DNA of 64,000 nucleotides, taken from sequence record MT811961.1; one strand, 5' to 3'. Shown one piece after another: positions 1 to 10,017 of the stretch (positions are counted from its first letter, which is position 1; each line of letters opens with the position of its first letter). The translations under genes and the position numbers were made by a program. A model generated the notes under the pieces. It was given only the letters and a program-made list of their open reading frames with translations. It had not been told where the DNA came from and made no database searches.

Positions 1-1053
1 CTGAAGGAATATTTATCAGAGCACCTGAGAAACGACATAACAAAGCGTTCTAACTTGAATGACACATTCAGCGCAGTTGTTGCAATTGAGCGCCAGAAGA
101 ACGTAGAGGGCGTACCAGAGGATGCCATGTTCTGGAATACACGCAGTATTCAGCGCGGCATCTACGAGGTCTCTCTATCTTATCGTTTCCGCTATGATAG
201 AATAGTTGGGGTAGAACTAACTTACCCCGCTGTCATCTACAATAGCTTTATTCCTAGAGAGTACGTAAAAGCTTTCCATAGTCCTCTTCGTTTACGTAAT
301 GATTTCGATTATACTCAATCACTGACCTTTATCGACAACAAACTCCAGGACTATGAGATCAACTACTATTATCTTGGTGATGGCGGTAGCCGGATGGTTC
401 CATGGGATGACTTCTTTCCTAAGAACCCAATGCTCAATACCCAGACGGTGAGTTTGTTTCCTGTGAAGATAGATGAGAACAATACAAAGAATCTCTTTAA
501 CATCACAGACCTGACGGATAAGTTTTTACCTAAGGCCGTATTGGATTACGTACTTAGCGAGAAAGAACATATCAATCGTCACTTGCAATCACTTGTTCAG
601 TTTGAACTTTACAGCGTTGGAGAAGATGAAGAAAAAATCTTTGTCCACCTGGATGACGACTTTAATGTTCTTGCAGCAAAACCACTCGATAGTCGACGTA
701 GACATTATGTCCGTATTGGACTATTAAAAGACATCCCGTCAATTCACCCTGAGTCACTAAAGCGCATACTGAATAAACCAGATATTGCCTTTGAGCTTTT
801 CAAGCTTTATGATGCTTCATTAGAAGTAACAGACTCAGAAGATGAATGGAAGCGTCGTGTTGGCACGGAGATGCCACAGGGCAGGGATATGACTATTCCT
901 AGTTTGTTGTTCAGAACAAGCAAGGCAATCACGGACTATTCGTTTACTCGTTGGGTACGCAAGCTCAAAGATACAAATGAATGGTTTATCAATTTGCGTC
1001 CTACAATGCCTAAGTATGTGGGACAATACAATATTAATGTACGGAGACCATAA
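1..1053 (+). CDS. 5'-truncated hypothetical (probable virion) protein of the phiKZ-like core
   Basis: Frame 1 is open from base 1 (LKEYLSEHLRNDITKRSNLNDTF...), so the TTG start at 55 is probably not the true start. The stop overlaps the next start (TAATG at 1051-1055). Confidence 0.75.
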   Translation: MKEYLSEHLRNDITKRSNLNDTFSAVVAIERQKNVEGVPEDAMFWNTRSIQRGIYEVSLSYRFRYDRIVGVELTYPAVIYNSFIPREYVKAFHSPLRLRNDFDYTQSLTFIDNKLQDYEINYYYLGDGGSRMVPWDDFFPKNPMLNTQTVSLFPVKIDENNTKNLFNITDLTDKFLPKAVLDYVLSEKEHINRHLQSLVQFELYSVGEDEEKIFVHLDDDFNVLAAKPLDSRRRHYVRIGLLKDIPSIHPESLKRILNKPDIAFELFKLYDASLEVTDSEDEWKRRVGTEMPQGRDMTIPSLLFRTSKAITDYSFTRWVRKLKDTNEWFINLRPTMPKYVGQYNINVRRP

Positions 1054-2270
1054 TGGCTTTATTTGGCGAAGAAGAATCTGTACCAGAAACCCCGGTCATC
1101 AAAGAAACGGTTGTTGAGCATAATACCGCAACAGTTTATGAAGATCGCTATCCTGGCAAGGAGTCAGGTGTATTCATTACAGAGATCGAAGGTAGCCCAT
1201 GGACTACTGAGGCCTGGATTGGTCAGATACTCGGTGAAGATGATTATCCTAATCGACATGACTTGGCGCTGGATCCATCGCTACAGCAGTATGCAAGAAT
1301 CCATAATCTGGAACTGCGTACGACAACCTCTCTTAGTGGCGAGACAGACGACAATGTAATTACAACGATCTCTGGTGAAGCTACCGTGCTACCTGGCATT
1401 GTACCGAACCAATGGGATATGTTTATTGCGACAATGAAGGATGGTCGTAAAGGTATCTTCGCAGTTGTTGAGTTACCTCGTCCCCTAACTTACTTTGCAT
1501 ACACGGCTTACAGTATCCAGTATGAGCTTATGGCTTACTGGAACCAAGAGCTACAGGACGATATTGATTCCAAGGTAGTTAAAGAACTTTACTTTAATCC
1601 TGACAATCCTTATTGTCCTACTGAGAATGTTCAGGCTGTAGTTGAGCGAGTAGACCTTATCAAGTACATTCTAAAGTACCTGAATATCTACTATTCTCTT
1701 TTCTATGATCGTCGCAATGAAACCTTCCTCTATGTCGATGATTCTCGTGCGAAGATCTATGATGATGCGGTAAGTAAGTTCATGAATCACATTGTGCCAC
1801 ATCAGGCTCGTGACAAAGCGAGACATCCGTTTGCACAGCTGTTCAGTGTTCCATCGAACGATTACCAATTTAAGTCAAAGACAATTTACGATATCTTACA
1901 AGATAATGAATTGAATCTTTTACCTATTGTTGATACTCAATACCAAAAGTCATCGACCGCAGAGTTTTACTCTCCGTTTGTCATGCATTCGATATTGATG
2001 ACAGACATACGTTCGGTGTATCATCCTTCTGAAATGTCTTCCTTGCTAGGCAAGTCCGAACCAGAAGGAACTTATGTATTCAGCAAAGACTTTTATGATT
2101 GCAAACCAACCCTCGAGTTTGAACGATTGGTTTTCTCTGCCCTCAACAGAGAAAAACAGATTGTATCTGAGTTAGTACAAAAGATCGATACAAACTACGA
2201 GATTGCAACCATGCAAGAAAAATTCCATAACATCCCTATTTACCTCTGGTTGCTAATCAGAGAACTTTAA
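1053..2270 (+). CDS. phiKZ-like conserved virion structural protein (baseplate/neck region)
   Basis: 405-aa ORF translationally coupled to the upstream gene. Motifs GSPW..., LDPSLQQY, PNQWDMFIA resemble conserved phiKZ-like structural proteins (recollection). Confidence 0.55.
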   Translation: MALFGEEESVPETPVIKETVVEHNTATVYEDRYPGKESGVFITEIEGSPWTTEAWIGQILGEDDYPNRHDLALDPSLQQYARIHNLELRTTTSLSGETDDNVITTISGEATVLPGIVPNQWDMFIATMKDGRKGIFAVVELPRPLTYFAYTAYSIQYELMAYWNQELQDDIDSKVVKELYFNPDNPYCPTENVQAVVERVDLIKYILKYLNIYYSLFYDRRNETFLYVDDSRAKIYDDAVSKFMNHIVPHQARDKARHPFAQLFSVPSNDYQFKSKTIYDILQDNELNLLPIVDTQYQKSSTAEFYSPFVMHSILMTDIRSVYHPSEMSSLLGKSEPEGTYVFSKDFYDCKPTLEFERLVFSALNREKQIVSELVQKIDTNYEIATMQEKFHNIPIYLWLLIREL

Positions 2271-2285
2271 CCACTAGGAGTTACC

Positions 2286-2966
2286 ATGTTAACAGATTTA
2301 GAAAGATTGCACAATAAGGTGTTCGACGAGGCCTTTATTAAGATCAAAGCGAACCCACTTGCCATGAATGCGATTAAGCGTTCTGACGAGATCATCACGA
2401 TTGATGAAGATCCGATTGATGGTTATGTCGGACAAGACTGGCAAGGCAACACAATGGTAATCGAGGATACGTCTACCCCAATCATCGAGGCTTTGTTTAA
2501 CAACATGCCTTTGAACTATGGGGACGATGAGGACTTTGATTATAGCTTGACTTCTATGCAGCCTTATACGGTAACTGTTGACGTGGCCATAGAGATCTTT
2601 TATGCAGCAGAGACGCTAGTCATTAGTGGTCAAGACAGCATGAATGCTCTTTATGATACAACTCGCAAGTACCTAACAATGCTGCGTGATTACAATGCAC
2701 TTGAGATTCACCACTATGAAGATCTCAATGAAGATTACGAAAAGATGGAAAGTTTGCTAGAGTGGCTAAAACCGATTGTGCGCAATCAGGGCGGTGGCTT
2801 TAAAACAGACAGTCCATTGGCTCGTCTGTTCTCAGCAGGCTTTAGAAAGTTGGGTGCTATTGATGTGGATAAGGATGATATCCTAGTAACAAAGAGAAAA
2901 GAAGTCTACGAAGAGGTACTGTCTCCACATGGTGCGGTAACGATGGATTCGATTCTCGGGAGATAA
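2286..2966 (+). CDS. hypothetical protein in structural operon
   Basis: 226-aa ORF with AGGAG RBS, in-operon spacing. Confidence 0.75.
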   Translation: MLTDLERLHNKVFDEAFIKIKANPLAMNAIKRSDEIITIDEDPIDGYVGQDWQGNTMVIEDTSTPIIEALFNNMPLNYGDDEDFDYSLTSMQPYTVTVDVAIEIFYAAETLVISGQDSMNALYDTTRKYLTMLRDYNALEIHHYEDLNEDYEKMESLLEWLKPIVRNQGGGFKTDSPLARLFSAGFRKLGAIDVDKDDILVTKRKEVYEEVLSPHGAVTMDSILGR

Positions 2967-2969
2967 CAA

Positions 2970-4334
2970 ATGTTACTTGACGAAAACATTAGGGCCGAAG
3001 TAGAGGCCATTGCTAATAATCAGTTCATGCCAATCGCTTGGGATTTAAAGGCACATCTGATTATCAATGGCGGCGAGGTTTATGAATTTGAAAACATAGC
3101 CTCTGAAAAGTATTCGGCTGACTACGCAACAGATTGCTCGGCATATCACTTTATCATGACACAGATCCCATATACGGTTTATCGTGATACATTGATTCCG
3201 TTTCAGAATAGTCTCAGAATCCGTCTGTCTCGCACACAGAAGGATGCGTCCGGTAAGACACCCGAAACTATTACGGAAGTAAGTGACGAGTATCTTGCGT
3301 TCCTGGTGAATCCTCAAGACATCAATAAGTTATCTCTGGGCCGAAAGGATACTGGAGAAAGACAAAAAGATCTAGGCGGGCTAGTGCCCGTCTATTTCCA
3401 GCTTATTGACGAAGAGTTTTATTACCAGTTTAATAAAGAAGTAGGTGGTATATATGAAGGAAAACCAGAAACGGTTTTATTCAATCGCTTGCTTACAACA
3501 CGAGAAGGTGCTACATCTACTAGTGGGCTGGACCAACGTGGCTTTAAAGGCATTCGTGGTTTAGATGCCGAGACATTCCAGAACGACAGAGTTTATGACA
3601 ACATCGTAATCAAAGGCAATGTCAGACTAAAGAACCTGACAAAGTATATCCAAGAGCATTACGGGATATCTACCTTTGGTATCAATACTTTCTGGCATGC
3701 GGGTATGTGGTATACCTATCCTCTCTTTAAACACAATCGTTTCTCGAAGCGTGCGCGTAACCTCACTATCTACAATGTCCCTGAAGCAGAACTGCCGTCT
3801 ACGGATAAAAGTTACCTGCTACGAGATGAGTCTTTGCATATTATCTCCACAGGTAAGACAAAGATAAAGGACGAGTCGGTTTCTGTAGCTGCCAATGTAG
3901 GTACAGCATTAAGGATGACACCTGCGTCGTTCTATGACCAGAACTTTTATGAGGTGGGTGGAAACAAAGTAAAAGTAAAAGGTTCGGAGAATGCACGAAC
4001 TTATGTGAGTAAGAAAGCTGGACATGGCATAAACAATGTTCGTTACTCAGAGCAGAAGTTTAACTCCAATCCTTATCCAGAGATATCTGCACTCAATGCA
4101 TCACAGGGTGGTTTGATTACGTTATCCTGGCACAATGCAGATCGTACCATTCTCTATCCTGGTATGCCTGCCAAGATTTACTATATCAAGCCAGACGGTA
4201 CCGTTACGTTTGTATATGGTACATTGGTAGCGGTAATGGCCTTAACTACCACAGCGGGCGGTACAGTGGCCGAGGATGACTATCGTACATCATGTGAACT
4301 TACGTTCCACTTTAAAGAAGAAGACGCCGAATAA
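2970..4334 (+). CDS. virion structural protein, possibly baseplate-hub-like
   Basis: 454-aa ORF. C-terminal W.N.....LYPGM...IYY pattern recalls hub-like proteins of phiKZ-like phages. Function is inference. Confidence 0.45.
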   Translation: MLLDENIRAEVEAIANNQFMPIAWDLKAHLIINGGEVYEFENIASEKYSADYATDCSAYHFIMTQIPYTVYRDTLIPFQNSLRIRLSRTQKDASGKTPETITEVSDEYLAFLVNPQDINKLSLGRKDTGERQKDLGGLVPVYFQLIDEEFYYQFNKEVGGIYEGKPETVLFNRLLTTREGATSTSGLDQRGFKGIRGLDAETFQNDRVYDNIVIKGNVRLKNLTKYIQEHYGISTFGINTFWHAGMWYTYPLFKHNRFSKRARNLTIYNVPEAELPSTDKSYLLRDESLHIISTGKTKIKDESVSVAANVGTALRMTPASFYDQNFYEVGGNKVKVKGSENARTYVSKKAGHGINNVRYSEQKFNSNPYPEISALNASQGGLITLSWHNADRTILYPGMPAKIYYIKPDGTVTFVYGTLVAVMALTTTAGGTVAEDDYRTSCELTFHFKEEDAE

Positions 4335-4372
4335 GAAAACCCTACTCCCCGAAGGGAGTAGGATTCTTTTTA
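4335..4372. terminator. bidirectional intrinsic terminator
   Basis: CCTACTCCC-CGAA-GGGAGTAGG hairpin with A-run before and T-run after, between convergent genes. Confidence 0.85.
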
Positions 4373-4373
4373 T

Positions 4374-5921
4374 TTACCATTCTTCATTATCGTCTGCTGC
4401 TGTGTCATTTACGGATGCCGTTACTTCGGCAAAAGAATAAATTGCTTGAGATTTATCTTCAAGTAGGTCAGGAGTAATACCACCAAACTCGTGGAACTTG
4501 TAAGCCACGCTCTTGGCTCGTTCTGGGGTATCAGAACTTGTACGGTTCTTCGACCACGCCAATGTGAGATATGCGTTGTCTTCCATACGGTGAATATGCA
4601 TTGTGCATGCACCGTCCACTTTTGTCTCTAGTGAACGACAGTTCATCCAATAACCACCAGATGCTACTTTCTTGGCAAAACCGGCAGAACCAGTTTCACG
4701 CAGAATCTCATCCGTTTGTGTATTTAGCTGGTGAGCATGAATCTGTGTGATGTTACGAGGGAAACAGTAGTTACGTAGAACTTCATAAGAATAAACGATT
4801 AATTCATCTAGACGTTTGTGCTTAGAACCTTTCTTCGTGATAAGTTCCATGTAGTCCACAATCACGGCGTGGATTTCGTAGCCCTCTGCCTCATAGCCTT
4901 TAAGAATGTTGATTAAGTCCCATACATCCATGTTGTTTGGATCGAAACAAACCATTTCGAAATGGAAGCCATTGCGGTTGTAGCGCTCTTGGATGTACTG
5001 AGCTGCCTCTTCGATGTCAACTTCAGCAAAGTCACATTTTCTTAGGTTCTCAGCTTCCCAGATAGAACGATACATGATTGGAATATCTTGCTCTGGTTTG
5101 TTCTCGAAAGAAACACGAAGAATCATTGGTTTCTTTGTCTTGTCTAAAAGACGAGGAGAGTTCAAGGTACAGAACCATTCACAGTGGTCAAGAAGAATAC
5201 CTGTCTTATAGTTGTGCGTACGTGCACCATACAGATAAGAACCACCACGGATGTAACCACCAACACCCCATAGTTTATTTAGGCCCTGTAGACCTGTTTT
5301 AAGAATACCGTCGTAACTTAAGTTTTCTTTTGCATTGTTGATAGTGTCTCTAATAGACTGTAAGTTAGAGAAGTCTACTTTACCACCAAAGCCTTCATGC
5401 ATTGTCGCGTTCTGGTTTTGAATATCTTCTACTTGGTTCTTCAGCATCTCTAGTGTACCAGAGACATCAAAGATTTCAGCACCGAAGTTAATCTTGCGGT
5501 GAATATCGCCGACCATGGAGCCAATAGAGGCAACATTGAGGTCATGCTTTAATTCAGCAATGATAGATTTGACTCGTTCTTCCATTGCTTCTTTGTTTGT
5601 TGTGTCTACGTCCAACTGGTCGCGAATAAGCTCTGCGTAGTCTTCGGCAAAGGCACAGTTAATAATAAGACGAGAGCGAATATCCTCAACACGAATCGTC
5701 TCGGTAAGAGGAACGCCCAATAACCAGTCATAAGTATAACGAAGACTCATGGCAATCTCGCCTTCTCCACCTTCACCTGCAATTGACTTAGGTAGTTTAA
5801 CTTTTTCTAGTAGCTCGCTGACAATCTTTTTAAGGTTGGTGTTTGGATCGGATAGAAAACGATTAAAGAATGTGCCAGTGATCGCTTTCGTTAGAATAAG
5901 GTTTGGGTTCAATGCTGACAT
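4374..5921 (-). CDS. DnaB-like replicative helicase (phiKZ gp118-type)
   Basis: 515 aa. Variant Walker A GARTHNYKT, Walker B IVDY, HAHQL motif. Antisense and upstream of the major capsid gene, as in phiKZ-like phages. Confidence 0.85.
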   Translation of the reverse strand: MSALNPNLILTKAITGTFFNRFLSDPNTNLKKIVSELLEKVKLPKSIAGEGGEGEIAMSLRYTYDWLLGVPLTETIRVEDIRSRLIINCAFAEDYAELIRDQLDVDTTNKEAMEERVKSIIAELKHDLNVASIGSMVGDIHRKINFGAEIFDVSGTLEMLKNQVEDIQNQNATMHEGFGGKVDFSNLQSIRDTINNAKENLSYDGILKTGLQGLNKLWGVGGYIRGGSYLYGARTHNYKTGILLDHCEWFCTLNSPRLLDKTKKPMILRVSFENKPEQDIPIMYRSIWEAENLRKCDFAEVDIEEAAQYIQERYNRNGFHFEMVCFDPNNMDVWDLINILKGYEAEGYEIHAVIVDYMELITKKGSKHKRLDELIVYSYEVLRNYCFPRNITQIHAHQLNTQTDEILRETGSAGFAKKVASGGYWMNCRSLETKVDGACTMHIHRMEDNAYLTLAWSKNRTSSDTPERAKSVAYKFHEFGGITPDLLEDKSQAIYSFAEVTASVNDTAADDNEEW

Positions 5922-6105
5922 TGTTCGTGTCCTTTAATCTGTAAATTTTTAAATTTTATTTCTCTATCATAATCGGAGTGAATGTTTTTACGGATAAAAA
6001 CGAACTTATAGTATAGACAAATAATGTAGACACTCCAGTTAGTGTAATGTTACTATTACTTATGGTTAATAGTTTAGGTGCAAATCATTTCCAAAGGAAG
6101 CTCGA

Positions 6106-6543
6106 ATGCAAGCTTTATTCTTTAACCAAGCAATGATGAACGCCGCAGAAGCCTTTGGTATCGATCTTGTTACCGAAGTTGACCTCGATGAGAAATTAGG
6201 TTATGCCGAATACTCTCACGCGGTTGCGCTAGGTGAAGCTATCGTAGAATACTTCAAGCTTGGTAATTATGGTATTAAGAGCGCTTCGGACAAAAATTCC
6301 GAAGAACCTAAAGACTACGATGCTATGCTTCTAGATGCTGGTATTATCGATTCCAAAAGTGGAATTACAGCAGCTGTGAATGTTATAGCAACGAAGACTG
6401 ATCGCTTAGTTTTCTGTATCGGTGATTGTGATCAAAGGTCATCGATAAATGATCGCATCCTCAATGCCTTGGGCAAAACCATGGGGATGAGTGAGGTACT
6501 ACGTACTTCCATTTGGTCACACCATTGTAAAACGCATTCCTAA
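6106..6543 (+). CDS. hypothetical protein upstream of major capsid gene
   Basis: 145-aa ORF with AAGGAAG RBS-like element. Confidence 0.75.
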   Translation: MQALFFNQAMMNAAEAFGIDLVTEVDLDEKLGYAEYSHAVALGEAIVEYFKLGNYGIKSASDKNSEEPKDYDAMLLDAGIIDSKSGITAAVNVIATKTDRLVFCIGDCDQRSSINDRILNALGKTMGMSEVLRTSIWSHHCKTHS

Positions 6544-6603
6544 TTAGGAAAACCGAAAAAATTTTGACAAACATCTTGTTTTTAAAACTCGAGGAACAAA
6601 AAC

Positions 6604-8769
6604 ATGTTAAATTCATTCCTGAATACTACGTACGGTAAGTCTCAATTTGAGATTATCCATGAGAACATGCAAGCAGCAATCGCTGACCAAAACATGGCTC
6701 TAACTCCAGAAGCTGGTGAGATCCTTGCTGACTTCAACGGTAACTGGGACAAGCTAGACTCTGGCAAAGCAGAAAAACTATCTGCTGCTATCTCTGCTGC
6801 TAAATCAGTAATCGAAGAAGCTAAGTTCGATGAGTTCCTAGCTAAACTTATCGTGGGTTCAGAAAAAGCACGCGTTGCTGACTTCATGGACAAAGAAGCT
6901 GCTGATCACCCTGGTTTCCAAGCTGGCCTAACTGCTGCCGCAACTATGGTTATCGCATCTGCTGCTCCACAAGCATACGCAGAAGCTTACGTATCTCCAT
7001 CTGCAACTATGGATGCTGACACTGAAGTTGTTGGTGTACTAGACGGCTACGACGTTGAAGGCTTTGATGACTTCAAATTCGACAAGTTCACTGTTAAATC
7101 AGCTATGACTGCTGGTGTTGTTGCAGCGACTTCTCCGTTCTCTCAAACATTCTTCCGTCCATCAGTTCTACCTGCTTCACAAAACGGTCTAGACCTTAAA
7201 GTGTTGGTTCCATACACTTACCGTCGTACTTACCGTCCAGGTACTGGTGCAGAAAACAAATTCCAACGTAAATACCTTGTTCGTGCTCCTATCGACCATA
7301 CAATCATGGAAGACAACAGCACTGAAATCATTCCGGTTTCTGATGCAGCACGTGCAGCTAAACTACAATCTGCTATCGCAGAGAAAGCTGTATCTCAACA
7401 CGGTGTAACGTTCAACACTCGTCCACTTAAGTTTGGTGAGCCAACTGACCTTATCGACGTTTCGTCTAACAGCCAGCTAATCAAGCTAGGTGACATGACT
7501 GAACAAGATACTCTAGATCCACTAGTATCTATCGGTCGCCAAGTAATCCGTCTAAACGACGGTACAGACAACGTTGACGTTGAAGTAGATCTAACTACTC
7601 ACGCTGGCGCAATGCTTAACTACCAAGCTGAAGGCTTCGAGCGTACTTCAACTACTGTAGGCGTATTCACTGTATGGGTGCACTCTACTGACCTTGACTA
7701 CGCAGGCGCTGCTGTAAGTGCTGGTCTAGACACTGCTGCTCTAGCATGGCTAACTGGCGACTACCGCTTGAAACTACAACTACGTATCTCTGCTCAAATC
7801 GACGAAGATGCGAACATGACTGTAGACCTAGCTGCTGCTGACATCGTTGCAGTTGACTTCGGTACTAACTTCGCTTCTACTGCTGATGCAACTCAACTAG
7901 GTGCATTCGTTGGCGCTGTAAGCATCGTTAAAGAAGAGTCTGGTTACTTCCCAGCTGCACGTCGTTCAAACAGCAACATGCGTGATGTTGGTACTATCGT
8001 TGACGCTGGTCGTGTAACTAAGTACCGTCTAGCTGCTCCACTAGGTGCTCCTCTATCTACTGTTAAGCCAATCGCTGCACTAGGTAACGGCGTATCAATC
8101 GATGGTCTATCTTCTGCTGCACGTCTACGTGACCTTGGTACTTCAGTAACTACTCTTCTTGAATTCGAGAAGAAACTGATCGCTACTCAAGATCTACCAG
8201 GCAACGCTGCTGCAATCGGTGGTCAACTTGTTGAATCTAAATACATCAAGAACGGCATCAACGTAAACCAAATCGTTCGTAACCGCGACTCTCGTTACGG
8301 TAACGAAGACTTGCGTGTACACTTGGTGAACGCAATCACTATGCTTGCTAACCGTCTGATCGTTGATTCTGGTTACCTACCAGCTCTAGAAATGTACACT
8401 GGTTCTCGTTCTAACTTCGAAGTAATCGTAGTAACAGATCCAATCATCGCTAACCACCTAATGACTTCAGGTGATGGCCGTACTCTAGGCAACAACCGTC
8501 GCTTCAAAGTAAGTGAAGTTGATGATGCACGTATGCGCGGTAAGATCTACGTATCTCTAGCACGTACAGATACAACTGGTGCTGACGTAATGTCTTTCGG
8601 TACACAGATCATGTGTTCTCCGTTCGTACACCAAGCGCAAGTATCACTAGGTGGTTCTACGCACACAATGCAACAAATCATTCCACGTACGTCTTTCCAC
8701 GTTACGTTACCTATCCTAGGTCGTATCGACGTTACTGGTATCGAAGAGTTCTACCTACAACCTGCATAA
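6604..8769 (+). CDS. major capsid protein precursor (phiKZ gp120-type)
   Basis: 721 aa. Very strong high-expression codon bias (GCT/GCA, GGT, CTA, AAC, TTC). Size, synteny with DnaB and RNAP beta, and C-terminal P...H...LPILGRIDVTG pattern fit. Followed by a strong terminator. Confidence 0.85.
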   Translation: MLNSFLNTTYGKSQFEIIHENMQAAIADQNMALTPEAGEILADFNGNWDKLDSGKAEKLSAAISAAKSVIEEAKFDEFLAKLIVGSEKARVADFMDKEAADHPGFQAGLTAAATMVIASAAPQAYAEAYVSPSATMDADTEVVGVLDGYDVEGFDDFKFDKFTVKSAMTAGVVAATSPFSQTFFRPSVLPASQNGLDLKVLVPYTYRRTYRPGTGAENKFQRKYLVRAPIDHTIMEDNSTEIIPVSDAARAAKLQSAIAEKAVSQHGVTFNTRPLKFGEPTDLIDVSSNSQLIKLGDMTEQDTLDPLVSIGRQVIRLNDGTDNVDVEVDLTTHAGAMLNYQAEGFERTSTTVGVFTVWVHSTDLDYAGAAVSAGLDTAALAWLTGDYRLKLQLRISAQIDEDANMTVDLAAADIVAVDFGTNFASTADATQLGAFVGAVSIVKEESGYFPAARRSNSNMRDVGTIVDAGRVTKYRLAAPLGAPLSTVKPIAALGNGVSIDGLSSAARLRDLGTSVTTLLEFEKKLIATQDLPGNAAAIGGQLVESKYIKNGINVNQIVRNRDSRYGNEDLRVHLVNAITMLANRLIVDSGYLPALEMYTGSRSNFEVIVVTDPIIANHLMTSGDGRTLGNNRRFKVSEVDDARMRGKIYVSLARTDTTGADVMSFGTQIMCSPFVHQAQVSLGGSTHTMQQIIPRTSFHVTLPILGRIDVTGIEEFYLQPA

Positions 8770-8792
8770 TCTGTCGGTTGACTGAACGAAAC

Positions 8793-8830
8793 ACGGCTGC
8801 CCTTCGGGGCGGCCGTATTTCTTATTTTTT
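8793..8830 (+). terminator. intrinsic terminator after capsid gene
   Basis: ACGGCTGCCC-TTCG-GGGCGGCCGT followed by T-rich tract. Confidence 0.9.
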
Positions 8831-8855
8831 CCGCATTTTTCAAAATACTTTAATC

Positions 8856-8865
8856 TCTATATTAC
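8856..8865 (+). promoter_or_regulatory. early (virion RNAP-type) promoter motif TCTATATTAC
   Basis: Recurrent intergenic motif. Contains the TATATTAC core described for phiKZ early promoters. Sits right after a terminator and before the operon carrying the nvRNAP subunit. Confidence 0.75.
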
Positions 8866-8905
8866 TGCATGTATACTAATTCTTTATTTTAGAGGGGAGG
8901 CTATT

Positions 8906-9973
8906 ATGCGCACTAAGTTAGTTGCATTCCGCCTCAGCGGAAAGATCGACGAGATTAGCAATGCTAAAGTCGGTGAAACTTTGAAGCAGCACCTCATTGG
9001 TCCAGGGCTTCTAGATTTGAATACGTCAACGTACTCAATCTACAATTTCAATCGTGGCGGTGCAGACCTTTATGTCTGCCGCGGCGATGGTCATGTTGGA
9101 CGGGTTCCGCCAACGACCAATATCCGGGTCACCAATACCCAGCATGCTCAAGCACGCGTTGGTCCATTATTGGATCGGGTAAAGGCACGGGATGGAATTC
9201 TAGTCGAGGTTGTCTCGAGTTATGATTTCCAGGGTACAATCGCATCTCAAACGAAGTTGTATGACTTTGTAGAGATCGATCCACCTACGGCAGAAGACGT
9301 AGCAGGCTGCAATCTAGATAACTATACTTATCTAATCTTCGTCTCCTCTGAGACTTTGCAGAACAACCTGCATGGTGTCTACCTGCCATTCATTGGTGTT
9401 ACGATCGGACTCAATCCGTCGACGCTTATGAACAAGGTGACGTCCCTTCATGGTTCTAGTGATATGGGTAATTCCTCGGCACTAGGACTTCGTTTTCATC
9501 TGTCTGCTCCAGAAGGTTATGGTGGTACTTACTACTATAACGTTAATGGAATGACATTATCTACTTTGGTTGAGGAGACGTCCGAGCGCCGTGGTAGATT
9601 TGTTCTTCGTGTCTATGTGACAACTAGACAAGGCGAAGAGCTTGTGGATGTTGTTCATATGGACGCAGATTCTAAAAAGGTAGAATTTGCCTATGGAGAA
9701 AGTAAACACTCTTTTGAGCTACATGACTCTAAAAAGAGCGCAGAACTGTCCGCCAATAAGGAGCTCATGGTCGAGCGTGCGAAGCTCAAAGAAGCTGAAG
9801 CGCAGATCACTGAACTTAAGGCCGAGGCAGAGCGTTCTAAGAACGAAGCGAAGAATGTCAAGCGTGACACGAATCAATCGTTCTTCGGCAAGCTGACAAA
9901 AACCTTGTCAGACATCATTGCCCCCGTGTTGAAGTTACTTGCCATTGTGGGCGGTATCTTTGCATTATCATAA
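8906..9973 (+). CDS. hypothetical protein with C-terminal coiled coil and hydrophobic/amphipathic tail
   Basis: 355 aa, GAGGGGAGG RBS. Contains ...AKLKEAEAQITELKAEAE... and ends in IIAPVLKLLAIVGGIFALS. Confidence 0.75.
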   Translation: MRTKLVAFRLSGKIDEISNAKVGETLKQHLIGPGLLDLNTSTYSIYNFNRGGADLYVCRGDGHVGRVPPTTNIRVTNTQHAQARVGPLLDRVKARDGILVEVVSSYDFQGTIASQTKLYDFVEIDPPTAEDVAGCNLDNYTYLIFVSSETLQNNLHGVYLPFIGVTIGLNPSTLMNKVTSLHGSSDMGNSSALGLRFHLSAPEGYGGTYYYNVNGMTLSTLVEETSERRGRFVLRVYVTTRQGEELVDVVHMDADSKKVEFAYGESKHSFELHDSKKSAELSANKELMVERAKLKEAEAQITELKAEAERSKNEAKNVKRDTNQSFFGKLTKTLSDIIAPVLKLLAIVGGIFALS

Positions 9974-10017
9974 CTTACAGACTCGCGAAATTGTGTGTCA
10001 GAACAGAGGAGAAAAAC

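Noticed and set aside
5922-6105. tRNA or structured ncRNA in the AT-rich gap between helicase and capsid operon
   Set aside because: No cloverleaf (no GTTCRA T-loop or CCA acceptor stem). Best explained as divergent promoters.
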